Numbered from the whole stretch's first letter, positions 1 through 11,377 are shown. The stretch: DNA of 63,950 bases, filler included, from Octopus bimaculoides (GCF_001194135.2; 5 parts of 5 records of this genome joined end to end with filler, not necessarily neighbours in it); one strand, 5' to 3'. Numbers and translations: made by a program. Notes: generated by a model from the letters alone, not told the origin.

Positions 1-40
1 TATCATCATCATCATCATCAACATCATCATCATCATCATC

Positions 41-79
<39 letters not shown>

Positions 80-575
80 TTATACCCATACTTTCACCCA
101 TATTTTTTTTTAAATAAAAAAAATCTATTTCCCCCAAAATTTTCTTTGCTCTTTCTGATTTCTTTTTCACTTTATTGCACATCCTCGGTAAAAATTTGTT
201 GGAATTTTTTATTTGTTATTCTTCTTATTTTCATTTGTTTTTTTTTCCTTCTGTCCTTTTTTTTTTCCTTCTGTCCTTTTTTTTTTTTTTCTTTCTTATA
301 ACTGAGTTATAGTATAGGACTCAGAGAGATCAATTATGTTTGATTTTCAATACAGGATTCTTGTGATGGTTCTGATCGAAGATTCATTTGTTTGCATACT
401 TGCTTTTCTTGTTGTCGTTTTTACTTGGTTTTTTTTTTCTTTTCTTTTCTGTTTTTGCAGATTAGGTGAGGCTGATCTATAATGCTGACTTCAAAAACGA
501 CGACAAAGGTCAAACAGTCAAATTCTCTGGTGGCTTGTGAATTCTAAGTTCGTAGATTTGTCATCTCCACATCTG

Positions 576-631
<56 letters not shown>

Positions 632-695
632 CATTATTATTATCATTATTATTATTATTATTACAGTTGTTGTTGTTGTTGTTGTTGTTGTTGTT

Positions 696-918
696 AAGAT
701 GACGAGCTGGCAGAATCGTTAGCACTTCAGGTGAAATTCTTAGCGGTATTTTGTCTGTCGGCATGTTCTGAGTTCAAATTCCATCGAAGTCGACTTTACC
801 TTTCATCCTTTCGGGGTCGATTAAATTAAGCACAGGTGAAACACTCGGTGGGTGGTGATGTAATCGACTAGTTCCCTCTCTAAGATTTCTGGCCTTGTGC
901 CAATAGTAGAAAGGATTA
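696..918 (+). mobile_element. SINE family A (tRNA-derived head, GTCGACTTTGCCTTTCATCCTTTCGGGGTCGA core)
   Basis: High similarity to many other copies in the window; (TTA)n-type tail. Confidence 0.85.
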
Positions 919-937
919 TAATTTCTGTTGTTGTTGC

Positions 938-968
<31 letters not shown>

Positions 969-1215
969 TTCAACTCAGATTTTGTTGAAACTCCTGCAGT
1001 CTTGCATGCGTAGCGGACTTCCTGCCGTACAAAGGGGACAAACCTTTTGTAACAGTTCTACTGGGCATTCTATTCCGATTTCGTTTATATTCCTCTTGAT
1101 GTCTTCTGATATTGTCCTCAAACACCCAACAATAATTGGCACTATTTTCACCTTCTTCATTTTCCATAGCCGGGATATTTCGTACTTAAGAAAATTGTAT
1201 ATATCTATTTCTCAC

Positions 1216-1278
<63 letters not shown>

Positions 1279-1279
<1 letters not shown>

Positions 1280-1737
1280 GAGTGGCAGAGCCATCAACAT
1301 GACACTGGGGTACAAATATACGAAACCCAGTATACCCATCATGACTACCTATCTAGTAAGGGTGCACCAGGCACATACATCACAACTACATGTGCATGAC
1401 ACGGTGATCTCATATCAATATATATAGAGCATGGCCTTGCAGGGGTCCAGTTAGAATTTTCTTCGGGTCGAGTAGTCCATCCCACTCAAAAAGTCCCTGA
1501 ATAAGGTTTGTTTAAGGGTGATAAATGAAACACCCATTATTCAAACTCCATAGAATCCTTGTCACCCACTATTTCTGTTCGTGATCAGAGGAGGACATAT
1601 CGTCAGCCGCCAAGGGACATGCTCCGCTAGTTAAGGTCAAGCAACTGACAAACAAATATGTGGTGTAGAGCAGAATATTTGCTGTGGCCCATCTTTTTAT
1701 ACCAAGACAAATCATATACATGATAACACTTCCAAGC
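1279..1737 (-). mobile_element. (TAA)n-tailed retroelement 3' fragment, copy A
   Basis: Colinear diverged match to 51246-51800; both abut (TTA)n on their left end. Confidence 0.65.
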
Positions 1738-1829
1738 ACGTCGGGCGAAACGCTAAGCATTTCACCCGGCGTGCTAACGTTTCTGCCAGCTCTCCGCCTT
1801 ATAAAACAGTAATGTATTTTCAAAAATAT

Positions 1830-2590
1830 GACGGTAGTTTCTCGACTTTTATACAATTCGCAGGCGCATTTCGGAATCGTCTGCTGAGATCGAAGAACAT
1901 GTGTGCTGTAATACACTTCAAAATTCTAATTTTACTTGCATGCAAGAAACCTTACGAAGATAATGCGAGGACAGAAAACAGAACAAGAAATAAGAGTATA
2001 ATTCTCTCGAATTATACAATTCGCAAGAACATTTTAGAACAGTCTGTTGGGATAGAAGAAACTCTATGTTGTGATAAGCTTCAGCATTCAAATTTTGCTT
2101 TGCATGCAAGGAAGCTTACGAAGAAAATACCAGTCAGAACGCAGAACAAGAAATAAGAGAATGATTCCTTTTTCAAATTATACAATTAGCAAGAGCATTA
2201 TGGAATTTCAGCTGAGATCAATGAAAATCTATGATAAACTTCAACTTTCTAATTTTACTTCCATCCAAGAAAGCTTGCGAAGAAAATGCCAGGAAAAGAA
2301 GCACAATTAGTAGAAGAATGTGATTCTTCTCCCGAATTTTGCAATTCGCAAAAGCAATTTGGAATGGTTTCCTGATATCGAAGAAAATATATGCTCCAAC
2401 TTTTAAACGTTACATGCATGCAAGGCCGTTTGCGAAGATATTGCTCGGAAAGGAAGCGAAACAAGATATATGAGTAAGATTCCTTTCATGAATTATATAA
2501 TTAGCAGGCGCGTTTCGGAATGGTCAACTGAGGCCGCAGAAAATCTATGCCACGATAAGATTCAAGTTTCAAATTTTGTTTTCCAAGCTG
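1830..2590. repeat. Degenerate ~160-bp tandem array, ~4.5 units
   Basis: Anchor TATACAATT(C/A)GCA-like motif at 1850, 2013, 2179, 2338, 2494; recurrent TGCATGCAAG and CGAAGAAAAT-like blocks. Confidence 0.8.
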
Positions 2591-3033
2591 TTGAGTCAGC
2601 AGACATCACCGACGGAGTACAGCCATTGGTATTCACTCGTTTTATTGATGAAAGTTCAAACAGTAAATCAGTTCTTTGTTGCAAAGAAATGCCCAGAGAC
2701 TACAAAGGGTGAAAACATTTTTTTTTAATATTCTAATGAATACTTTGAAAAATGAGAATTGCAATGGAAGTCGTGTGCTGGTATTTGTGTATTTGTACCG
2801 ATGCTGCTCCCTCTATCGTAGATTCTATGAAAGGGCTTACGACCCGGATGTTATTATAACTCATTGATTTCTAAAGAGAGAGAAACTAGTTGCAAAAATT
2901 TTTAGAGTTGAATTCAGACAAGTTTTAAATCAAGTTATCAAAAAATTATTAATTTTATTTAAAAAAAGAGACCATTAAAGACTAGTGTGCTGCAGAAAAG
3001 TTGTATTGCCGTGGATAGCAACACAAAAACACT

Positions 3034-3270
3034 AAGGCAGCGAGCTAGCAGAAACGTTACCCCGCCGGGCGAAATGCTTAGCAGTATTTCGTCTGCCGTT
3101 ACGTTCTGAGTTCAAAATCCACCGAGGTCGACTTTGCCTTTCATCCTTTCGAGATCGATAAATTAAGTACCAATTACACACTGGGGTCGATGTATTCGAC
3201 TTAATCCCTTTGTCTGTCCTTGTTCGTCTCCTCTATGTTTAGCCCCTTGTGGGCAATAAAGAAATAAGAA
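3034..3270 (+). mobile_element. SINE family A with AATAAAGAAA tail
   Basis: Near-identical to 25697-25930 and, inverted, 23498-23730. Confidence 0.85.
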
Positions 3271-3605
3271 ACACCGAAACAAAATGGAGGCCAAAGTAGC
3301 TCTGCCGCGTGCAGGAACTCAGAGATGACTCTGTTTTTTTTTTCATCTTTTCCTTATTTCAGTCATTGGACTGCGGCCATGCTGGCCATGCTGGGGCACC
3401 GACTTGAAGGGTTTCAATCAAACAATTCGACACCAGTACTTATCTTTCAAAAGGCTGGTTCTATGCTGTCGGTCTTTTTGGCGAGCAGCTAGGCGACAGG
3501 AAGATAACGAAACCAACGACAGTTATCAAGTGGAAGGACGGCATACACAGACTCAACAACACTCACACACATACACACATACGAATAGATAGCTAGATAG
3601 ACAGA

Positions 3606-3645
<40 letters not shown>

Positions 3646-4204
3646 CGTACGTACATACATACATACATACATACATACATACATACATACATACNNNNNN
3701 NNNNNNNNNNNNNNNNNNNNNNNNNNNNNNNNNNNNNNNNNNNNNNNNNNNNNNNNNNNNNNNNNNNNNNNNNNNNNNNNNNNNNNNNNNNNNNNNNNNN
3801 NNNNNNNNNNNNNNNNNNNNNNNNNNNNNNNNNNNNNNNNNNNNNNNNNNNNNNNNNNNNNNNNNNNNNNNNNNNNNNNNNNNNNNNNNNNNNNNNNNNN
3901 NNNNNNNNNNNNNNNNNNNNNNNNNNNNNNNNNNNNNNNNNNNNNNNNNNNNNNNNNNNNNNNNNNNNNNNNNNNNNNNNNNNNNNNNNNNNNNNNNNNN
4001 NNNNNNNNNNNNNNNNNNNNNNNNNNNNNNNNNNNNNNNNNNNNNNNNNNNNNNNNNNNNNNNNNNNNNNNNNNNNNNNNNNNNNNNNNNNNNNNNNNNN
4101 NNNNNNNNNNNNNNNNNNNNNNNNNNNNNNNNNNNNNNNNNNNNNNNNNNNNNNNNNNNNNNNNNNNNNNNNNNNNNNNNNNNNNNNNNNNNNNNNNTAT
4201 ATAT

Positions 4205-4410
4205 ATAGGGAGATGCACTTGCATAGCAAGTGACCTGATCTGAGATCGTGTGCTGGAACGAAAACAATTGCAGCGTGGAAGGTGTTTATAAGCCATTTAA
4301 AATAACACACAAAATCCGTTAGATTCACTTCAACATTTAAATTTAATTTGTCAAAATATTTTCGTCGCTTTGAGACCGCGACCTGTTCACTGACAAAATT
4401 CTGTGCTGCA
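4205..4410 (-). mobile_element. Penelope-type pseudo-LTR between (TA)n tracts carrying a variant hammerhead
   Basis: ~200-bp non-microsatellite block bounded by TA repeats; hammerhead fold at 4345-4400 on the minus strand. Confidence 0.6.
4345..4400 (-). ncRNA. Hammerhead ribozyme variant with G3:C8 swap and U17
   Basis: Minus strand TTTGTCA-GTGAACA-g-GTCGC ggtctcaaa GCGAC-GAAA-ATAT-T-T-TGACAAA: 7-bp stem I, 5-bp stem II, palindromic stem III AATATT. Confidence 0.65.
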
Positions 4411-5666
4411 TATATATGTATTATGTATGTATGTATGCATATATATTTACATATCAAATATGTAAATGTAAGGTGTAGGAAATTAATAAGCTTCGAGCAG
4501 TTCGTAGAAGTTATTAAAAAACAACTTTCAGGAACAATAGTGGTTTATTGATATTTGCAACCACATGATTTCATGTTCAGTCCCACTGTACAGTACTTTT
4601 TATTACAGCAGCGGGTTGGCCAGTACGCCTTTTATCACAGCCCCAGGCCGACCAATGTGTCTGAAAAAAATATCTTGATTTTAACTACGGTTTTTAACGC
4701 ATCAAAATATATCTTTCCTGCATGCTAGATGGAGTTTATCCTATGAAAATACAGTTTTATGTATGTTGTTAACAATTGCTTTTAACTAATACATCTTTTC
4801 GTATGTTCTCAACAGTATTTATCCTTTGAAAAAAAAAGCTCCTTTATATACGGTAACGAGAGCTATTAAGCAACATTTTGGTTTCATGTTCCTCGCAACA
4901 GATACTAAATGACAGACCTGATAAACGAAACATGATGTTACACGAGCCAACGAGGAAGACTACATCAGTGATGTCCAAACCGCATCACTTAAAGCTACTA
5001 AGAGCAGCTCCGGAGATGATATCAGGTTTCAACGGCATTTATCCTAAAACAGCTCTAACATCCTGTCAGTTGGATTTTAAAGTATTAACTGCAAAAAAGA
5101 AAACAAGAAGAGAGAAAGAAAACTCAGTGAAAACTTTTAAGTGGTTGGCATTAATTAATCTAAAACTATGTAGTGGTATGCTTATTTATTTGCCTTTTAC
5201 CTGTTTCACACATTGGACTGCGGCCCTTCTGGGGCACCGCCTTGAAGGATTTAAATCGAAGAAATGGACCCCAGTACATATTTTTAAGTCTGGTACTTAC
5301 TATGCTGGTCTCTCTTACCAAACCACTAGGCTGCAAACACCGGTTGTCTAACAGAGAGACACACACACACATACACACACATACACACACATACGCACAC
5401 ATACACACGCATACACACATACCTTCACACTGCGAGACTAAAATCCCCGTTGACAGGCCACTGGTATTAAACAAAGTCTTAAACACTTGTGGTAAGGGGA
5501 TGGGTATCTCCAGTTCTCTGAAGCTACTGGATTTGTTTTGTATATGGACAGGTTGTTTCTCTAGGATTCATCAAGTGATCTAGACAACTCTGATGAGACA
5601 CAAAAAAGGGTTGAAAACCGATGAAAGCCATTCAAAATTTTTCTTTTTTCAATCTACAGAAATATA

Positions 5667-6098
5667 TGTTGGCAAACACTCTTTACTACATAGTACTGTT
5701 GCTGAATATCTCACGTTGTGAGATTTAAAAGTAGTAACTTTCTAATTTATAAATCAGTGACTAGTTGTCACTTTGAAAACTATATATTTCGAACGGGAAT
5801 TTGGCAGCGCCACCTCTAGCCGAACAATTATTCTGTGCTGACGAAGGGAAATAACCCAGAAATCGCGATACACAGATATTGTTTTGAGCTGAGCGGGGGT
5901 GCTAGATTCCCTTGTTCAAAAATATAAGGACACAGATCGTGTCGTATAGCCAGCTGGAGACAATGTCTCCTGCGGCTAAATTACAGCATCATTCGTCCTA
6001 AACCAGGACTGCCATGTTATGTTGGCAAACAATCTTTACTACAAAGTACTGTTGCTGGATATCTCACGTTGTGAGATTTAATAATAGTAAGTTTCTAA
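5667..6098 (+). mobile_element. Complete non-autonomous hammerhead-bearing retroelement (retrozyme-like / Penelope pseudo-LTR derived)
   Basis: 12-bp direct repeat TACAGAAATATA at 5655-5666 and 6099-6110 (TSD); 80-bp terminal direct repeats 5667-5746 and 6020-6099 (6 mismatches, period 353); intact hammerhead between them. Confidence 0.8.
5832..5876 (+). ncRNA. Minimal type I hammerhead ribozyme, intact core
   Basis: TCTGTG-CTGACGA-a GGG aaataa CCC a-GAAA-TCGCGA-T-A-CACAGA: 6-bp stem I, canonical CUGANGA/GAAA/UH, palindromic stem III ATCGCGAT, predicted cleavage after 5870. Confidence 0.85.
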
Positions 6099-7606
6099 TA
6101 CAGAAATATAGTTACATTTGACATGTTTGAATGTCTTCTAAGTAGATATACATATGTAATGTCTGTTTGCGAGAAATGAATGAATAATAACAGGGTACAT
6201 ACGTAACCAGAATGAAGAAAAGCCTGTGGTTAAACAAAATGAGCAGCAGTAGCAGCAGTGGCGGTTGTGGCAGCAACAGTAATAGCAGCAGTACATCTGT
6301 CAATGTATGACAAGTTGTAAGAAAACAGGGAAACGGCTAATATTACCAGGAGTTAACACACATACCTACGAATGTTCGAGTATAACGCCTCGTGCATGCG
6401 TGTGTGAGTGTGTGTGTGTGTATGTGCTTGTGTGTCTGTATAGTTGTGCGTGTATGTGTTTGTGTGTGTGTTTGCGTGTGTAAGTGCTTGAATGTGTGTG
6501 TGAACGTGTGTGTATTAGTGTGTGCATGTTTGAGTGTGTGCGTGCGTGGGAGCGCGTGTGTGTGCTTGTGCTTGTGTGTGTGTGTACTTGCGTGCGTGTC
6601 TGTGATAATTCAAGAAAAAAAGAAACCTTGGATATATTTATTCTTATCAATTAATTGACTCATTTATCTATGTCTAAATTCATTTTCTTATCCTAAATAT
6701 TTAATAGCCTTTCCAATTCACTGTATTTCACTTGTCACTTCATCTTTTGCCAAAATATACATATAACGTAATATATACATATATTTATATATTATATAAG
6801 TATATATTGGTGTATATATAAGTNNNNNNNNNNNNNNNNNNNNNNNNNNNNNNNNNNNNNNNNNNNNNNNNNNNNNNNNNNNNNNNNNNNNNNNNNNNNN
6901 NNNNNNNNNNNNNNNNNNNNNNNNNNNNNNNNNNNNNNNNNNNNNNNNNNNNNNNNNNNNNNNNNNNNNNNNNNNNNNNNNNNNNNNNNNNNNNNNNNNN
7001 NNNNNNNNNNNNNNNNNNNNNNNNNNNNNNNNNNNNNNNNNNNNNNNNNNNNNNNNNNNNNNNNNNNNNNNNNNNNNNNNNNNNNNNNNNNNNNNNNNNN
7101 NNNNNNNNNNNNNNNNNNNNNNNNNNNNNNNNNNNNNNNNNNNNNNNNNNNNNNNNNNNNNNNNNNNNNNNNNNNNNNNNNNNNNNNNNNNNNNNNNNNN
7201 NNNNNNNNNNNNNNNNNNNNNNNNNNNNNNNNNNNNNNNNNNNNNNNNNNNNNNNNNNNNNNNNNNNNNNNNNNNNNNNNNNNNNNNNNNNNNNNNNNNN
7301 NNNNNNNNNNNNNNNNNNNNNNNNNNNNNNNNNNNNNNNNNNNNNNNNNNNNNNNNNNNNNNNNNNNNNNNNNNNNNNNNNNNNNNNNNNNNNNNNNNNN
7401 NNNNNNNNNNNNNNNNNNNNNNNNNNNNNNNNNNNNNNNNNNNNNNNNNNNNNNNNNNNNNNNNNNNNNNNNNNNNNNNTATATATACATATATATACAT
7501 ATATGTGTGCGTATATATATATACACACACACATACGTATAGACATCTATATATAACGATATACATATACATTTATATATAAGTATAGAATATATAAACG
7601 CAAGGC

Positions 7607-7766
7607 GCAAGAATGGCTGCATGGTAAGTAGCTTGCTTACCAACCACATGGTTCCATGTTCAGTCCCACTGTGCAGCAACTTGAGCAAATGCCTTCTACT
7701 ATAGCCTCGGGCCGACCGAAGCCTTATGAGTGGATTTGGTAGATGGAAACTGAAAGAAGCCTGTCG

Positions 7767-7770
<4 letters not shown>
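7607..7770 (+). mobile_element. SINE family C (tRNA head, CORE-like ACCTTGGGCAAGTG block, ends GAAGCCYGTCG then (TA)n)
   Basis: Other copies at ~4545-4650, 12990-13145, 13510-13670, 18985-19100, 23380-23500(-), 29465-29578(-), 54765-54860(-). Confidence 0.8.
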
Positions 7771-7799
<29 letters not shown>

Positions 7800-8073
7800 A
7801 TATATATGTATGTATGGTATGTATGTATGTATGTATGTAGTGTAGGGATCAGTTAGCGGGGTTTAAAACCTATAAGGGATAATCAAATCCCAAGGCTCTC
7901 CTAGTGATTACCTGGGTAGGTACCGTCCTTTGTAACGTTGTACGGTAGCAAGTAGTTCGGTGGGTAAACCATAGTTTGGATTATATACGAGAAGAAAATG
8001 ATTGTAAATAACAAGGAGAAATTCATCGCTTTCGCTGGTGTGTCTTTAATTTAATTAATTAACAATGAAGGTA

Positions 8074-8126
8074 GTATTTACGATCGTTTCAATGTACTAG
8101 TTTTAGTAAATATATTTTCAGATGTA
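8074..8126 (-). ncRNA. Decayed hammerhead (left arm of fold-back, G8A)
   Basis: Minus strand CTGAAAA-tatatttact aaaact agtacatt-GAAAC GATC GT-A-AATAC. Confidence 0.6.
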
Positions 8127-8140
8127 TCAATTTATTTTTC

Positions 8141-8191
8141 GCATTCTGAAGATATTTACTAACACTAGTAAATTGAAACGATCGTAAATAC
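8141..8191 (+). ncRNA. Type I hammerhead ribozyme (right arm of fold-back)
   Basis: GCATT-CTGAAGA-t ATTTACT aacact AGTAAAT t-GAAAC GATC GT-A-AATAC; palindromic stem III ACGATCGT; one stem I mismatch. Confidence 0.75.
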
Positions 8192-9402
8192 TACCTTCTT
8201 CTTGGTTAATTAATTAAATTAAAGGCATATCAGCGAAAACGACGAATTTCTCCTTGTTATTACATCCATTTTCTTCTCGTATATATANNNNNNNNNNNNN
8301 NNNNNNNNNNNNNNNNNNNATATATATATATATATATATATAACATTTACATATTTATACGTGTGTGTGTACACAGATATATGCATATGTACATACATAT
8401 ATGTGTGTATGTGTGTGTGTCTTTGTGTTTGTGTTTGTCACCCCCACCACCACCACCACTTGACAACCCGCGTTAGTTTTTCTATGTCCCCGTAACTTTG
8501 TATCTCTTTTTTTTCTTTTCTCTTCTTTTCTTGCTTTTTTTTCCTCTCCGTTCAGCACTCCCCTCTCTCTCATTCACTGTCTTTCTCTTAGCCAACTATT
8601 AACCTTTCTATCTCTCCCTCCTTTTGCACCACGTGACTTGGCCATCCTGTTGTTAAAACTACTAATCCTTTTCTGCTAGCCCGTTCTCTATGCTAGTTTG
8701 TTTTCTCTTTTTTTTTTTTTCTGCATGTTTTGTCTGAGATTTTCGTCTTAGCTCCAGCTTATGGTTTGACTACGTTTAATTTATTATATCCTGTTTTTCT
8801 ATATATAGTACTTTTCTAAATCCGAAAGGATCACATTCTTTCCTGTTTGCCATTCGCCTTGCTTTCGTACAATTCATTTCTTAACTCTGTCGAATAGCCG
8901 AATGGCCTTCTATTATGTATAAACGTGTCATCTATTCTGTTTTCCTACCTTTGTTAATAGTTCCTATCTTTGCTTTTTTATTTTATATATTTTCCTGTTC
9001 TCTTCATAACTCATTCTTTTTACGTTCGGTCTAGGCACCTCGATTTTTTTGGTCAATATAAAGATCCTCACCCGGGAACCCAAAATGAAATTAACCAGCC
9101 TGGGGGGTGTTAATAAGTGTGTGGAAAACGAATATGACAAAAAAAAAGCGCGCTGTCGACCCTGCTGGGTGGGAAGGGGACTTGATTTCTTAATTTCACC
9201 GGAGTACGACTTGATTTCTTAATTTCACCGGAGTATAAATACCTATAATGGTATACTTAAAAACAAAAAAGAAAAATTAATTCAGTTCAATTAAAAGCAC
9301 GGCTAAGTAACGCATTCTAAACCATACTATAATTTGCGAAAATGTTTATATGCGCGCAGATACCTGCCTCCTCCGATGCTTTTTTTTCTCTCGTGTCTGG
9401 AC

Positions 9403-9661
9403 GTCTTTTCTTTGTTCGTAGTCATCTTTGCCTTGTTCGTGGTCGTCTTTTCCTTGTTCGTGGTCGTCTTTTCCTTGTTCGTGGTCGTCTTTTCCTTGTT
9501 CGTGGTCGTCTTTTCCTTGTTCGTGGTCGTCTTTTCCTTGTTCGTGGTCGTCTTTTCCTTGTTCGTGGTCGTCTTTTCCTTGTTCGTGGTCGTCTTTTCC
9601 TTGTTCGTGGTCGTCTTTTCCTTGTTCGTGGTCGTCTTTTCCTTGTTCGTGGTCGTCTTTC
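9403..9661. repeat. 21-bp minisatellite (GTCTTTTCCTTGTTCGTGGTC), 10 perfect, 2 diverged and 1 partial copy
   Basis: Directly visible; perfect units 9445-9654. Confidence 0.97.
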
Positions 9662-10058
9662 ATATACTATACTGCAGTAATTTTGGCTGCTGACGCTACA
9701 AGAGTGAACAATATTATCGATAAGGCATGAAATTGTAATGATTTTTGGTCAATAACTGAGGAAGGAGTGCGTGTCTATGTCCATTGTGTCTTATCCTGTT
9801 TTCTATGTGTTCCATTGTCAGCATCCTGAGCCAAATTTTATTTGATATATTTACATTTTTTTTTTATATATATTACATAGCTGTTCGGCAAAAGTGACGG
9901 ATGAGATAAGTACTGGGACCGACTCATTCAACTAACAAGTCTCCAAGTTGGTGCCCTAGCATGACCGCAGTCTTATGTCTGAAACAGGTAGAGGATAAAA
10001 GATATGTGTGTGTGTATATACATATATACACGTGTGTGTATATGTATGTATGAATGTA

Positions 10059-10129
<71 letters not shown>

Positions 10130-11222
10130 NNNNNNNNNNNNNNNNNNNNNNNNNNNNNNNNNNNNNNNNNNNNNNNNNNNNNNNNNNNNNNNNNNNNNNN
10201 NNNNNNNNNNNNNNNNNNNNNNNNNNNNNNNNNNNNNNNNNNNNNNNNNNNNNNNNNNNNNNNNNNNNNNNNNNNNNNNNNNNNNNNNNNNNNNNNNNNN
10301 NNNNNNNNNNNNNNNNNNNNNNNNNNNNNNNNNNNNNNNNNNNNNNNNNNNNNNNNNNNNNNNNNNNNNNNNNNNNNNNNNNNNNNNNNNNNNNNNNNNN
10401 NNNNNNNNNNNNNNNNNNNNNNNNNNNNNNNNNNNNNNNNNTATTATTTGATGACATATAAGACAAACATTGTATCTAAAAAATGCCTCAAAAAAATCAA
10501 CGCAGGACGTGTAGGTGAACTTAGACCTTTCGTAAGCTTCAATGCGCTAAAATCTTTTTCTTTCTTTCTTTTTTTTTTTTTTCTTGAATATGCTTTGCTG
10601 AAATTGGAGATAGCAATGCTAGTTAAGTTGCTGACTAGAATGAGGAGAGAAAGATCAAAGATTAATTTAGCTTGTATCATTATGAATTCCACTGTATACA
10701 CTTGCCATTATGGACACTTCTACAACCTCGTCCCACCTCCTCCCATCCCATTCACCTATTACTGGTCATTTTATATATCTCTGGTGTTTATATAAGATTC
10801 TTGCGATTCGTATTCCGACCCTGTCAAAAACGAGCTAGCTATGATTAATTGCTGTTTGTAAATTGCATTTATAAATCGCATTATGATACGATTTCATGAA
10901 TTATCTAACACAGAAACATATGTAACATATAAAATAAAGGATTACTAAATTCGTACTTAGTAGTTCCTTCATAATAGATACGTTATTTGCCATACGCTAT
11001 AGAGTCCGCATAGAACACTTTGAGATCATACAGCTGAGGGAATTTCACTTGAATACTTTCAAGAACCGCAACCATTTCTACTTTTATTTATCCATCTATC
11101 AACCAGTATATTTGTGTGTGTATGTTTGTGTGTTTGTGTGTGTAGATAGATAGATAGAGAGAGAGAGAGAGACAGATAGAGAGATACATACATACATATT
11201 CATATGTATATATATATATGTA

Positions 11223-11260
<38 letters not shown>

Positions 11261-11270
11261 NNNNNNNNNN

Positions 11271-11339
<69 letters not shown>

Positions 11340-11340
11340 C

Positions 11341-11377
<37 letters not shown>

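Larger units (their letters stand above)
7986..8281. mobile_element. 296-bp fold-back element = inverted pair of hammerhead-bearing pseudo-LTRs
   Basis: Arms 7986-8121 and 8146-8281 are reverse complements (TACGAGAAGAAAATG...CATTTTCTTCTCGTA), TA at both ends; each arm starts at the centre with a hammerhead core. Confidence 0.8.

Noticed and set aside
440-500. Strong splice acceptor TTTTTGCAG at 452-460
   Set aside because: All frames stop within a few codons and no donor follows; cannot support an exon.
1590-1615. CTGACGA on the minus strand of the TAA-tailed element (also ~51615)
   Set aside because: No stem II followed by GAAA; not a hammerhead.
5585-5625. CTGATGA-GAC...GTT-GAAA motif just upstream of the retrozyme-like insert
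   Set aside because: Stem II only 3 bp and no stem I or UH; at best an old relic, not listed as a feature.
5667-6098. TRIM or solo-LTR interpretation
   Set aside because: Ends are not TG..CA, no PBS or PPT, and the TSD is 12 bp rather than 4-6 bp.
9403-9661. CRISPR-like appearance of the 21-bp repeat
   Set aside because: Units are contiguous with no spacers; eukaryotic context; no cas genes.
10905-10930. GAAACATATGTA, and similar GAAAC-palindromes at ~33770, 34890 and 61975
   Set aside because: No matching CUGANGA core or stem I.
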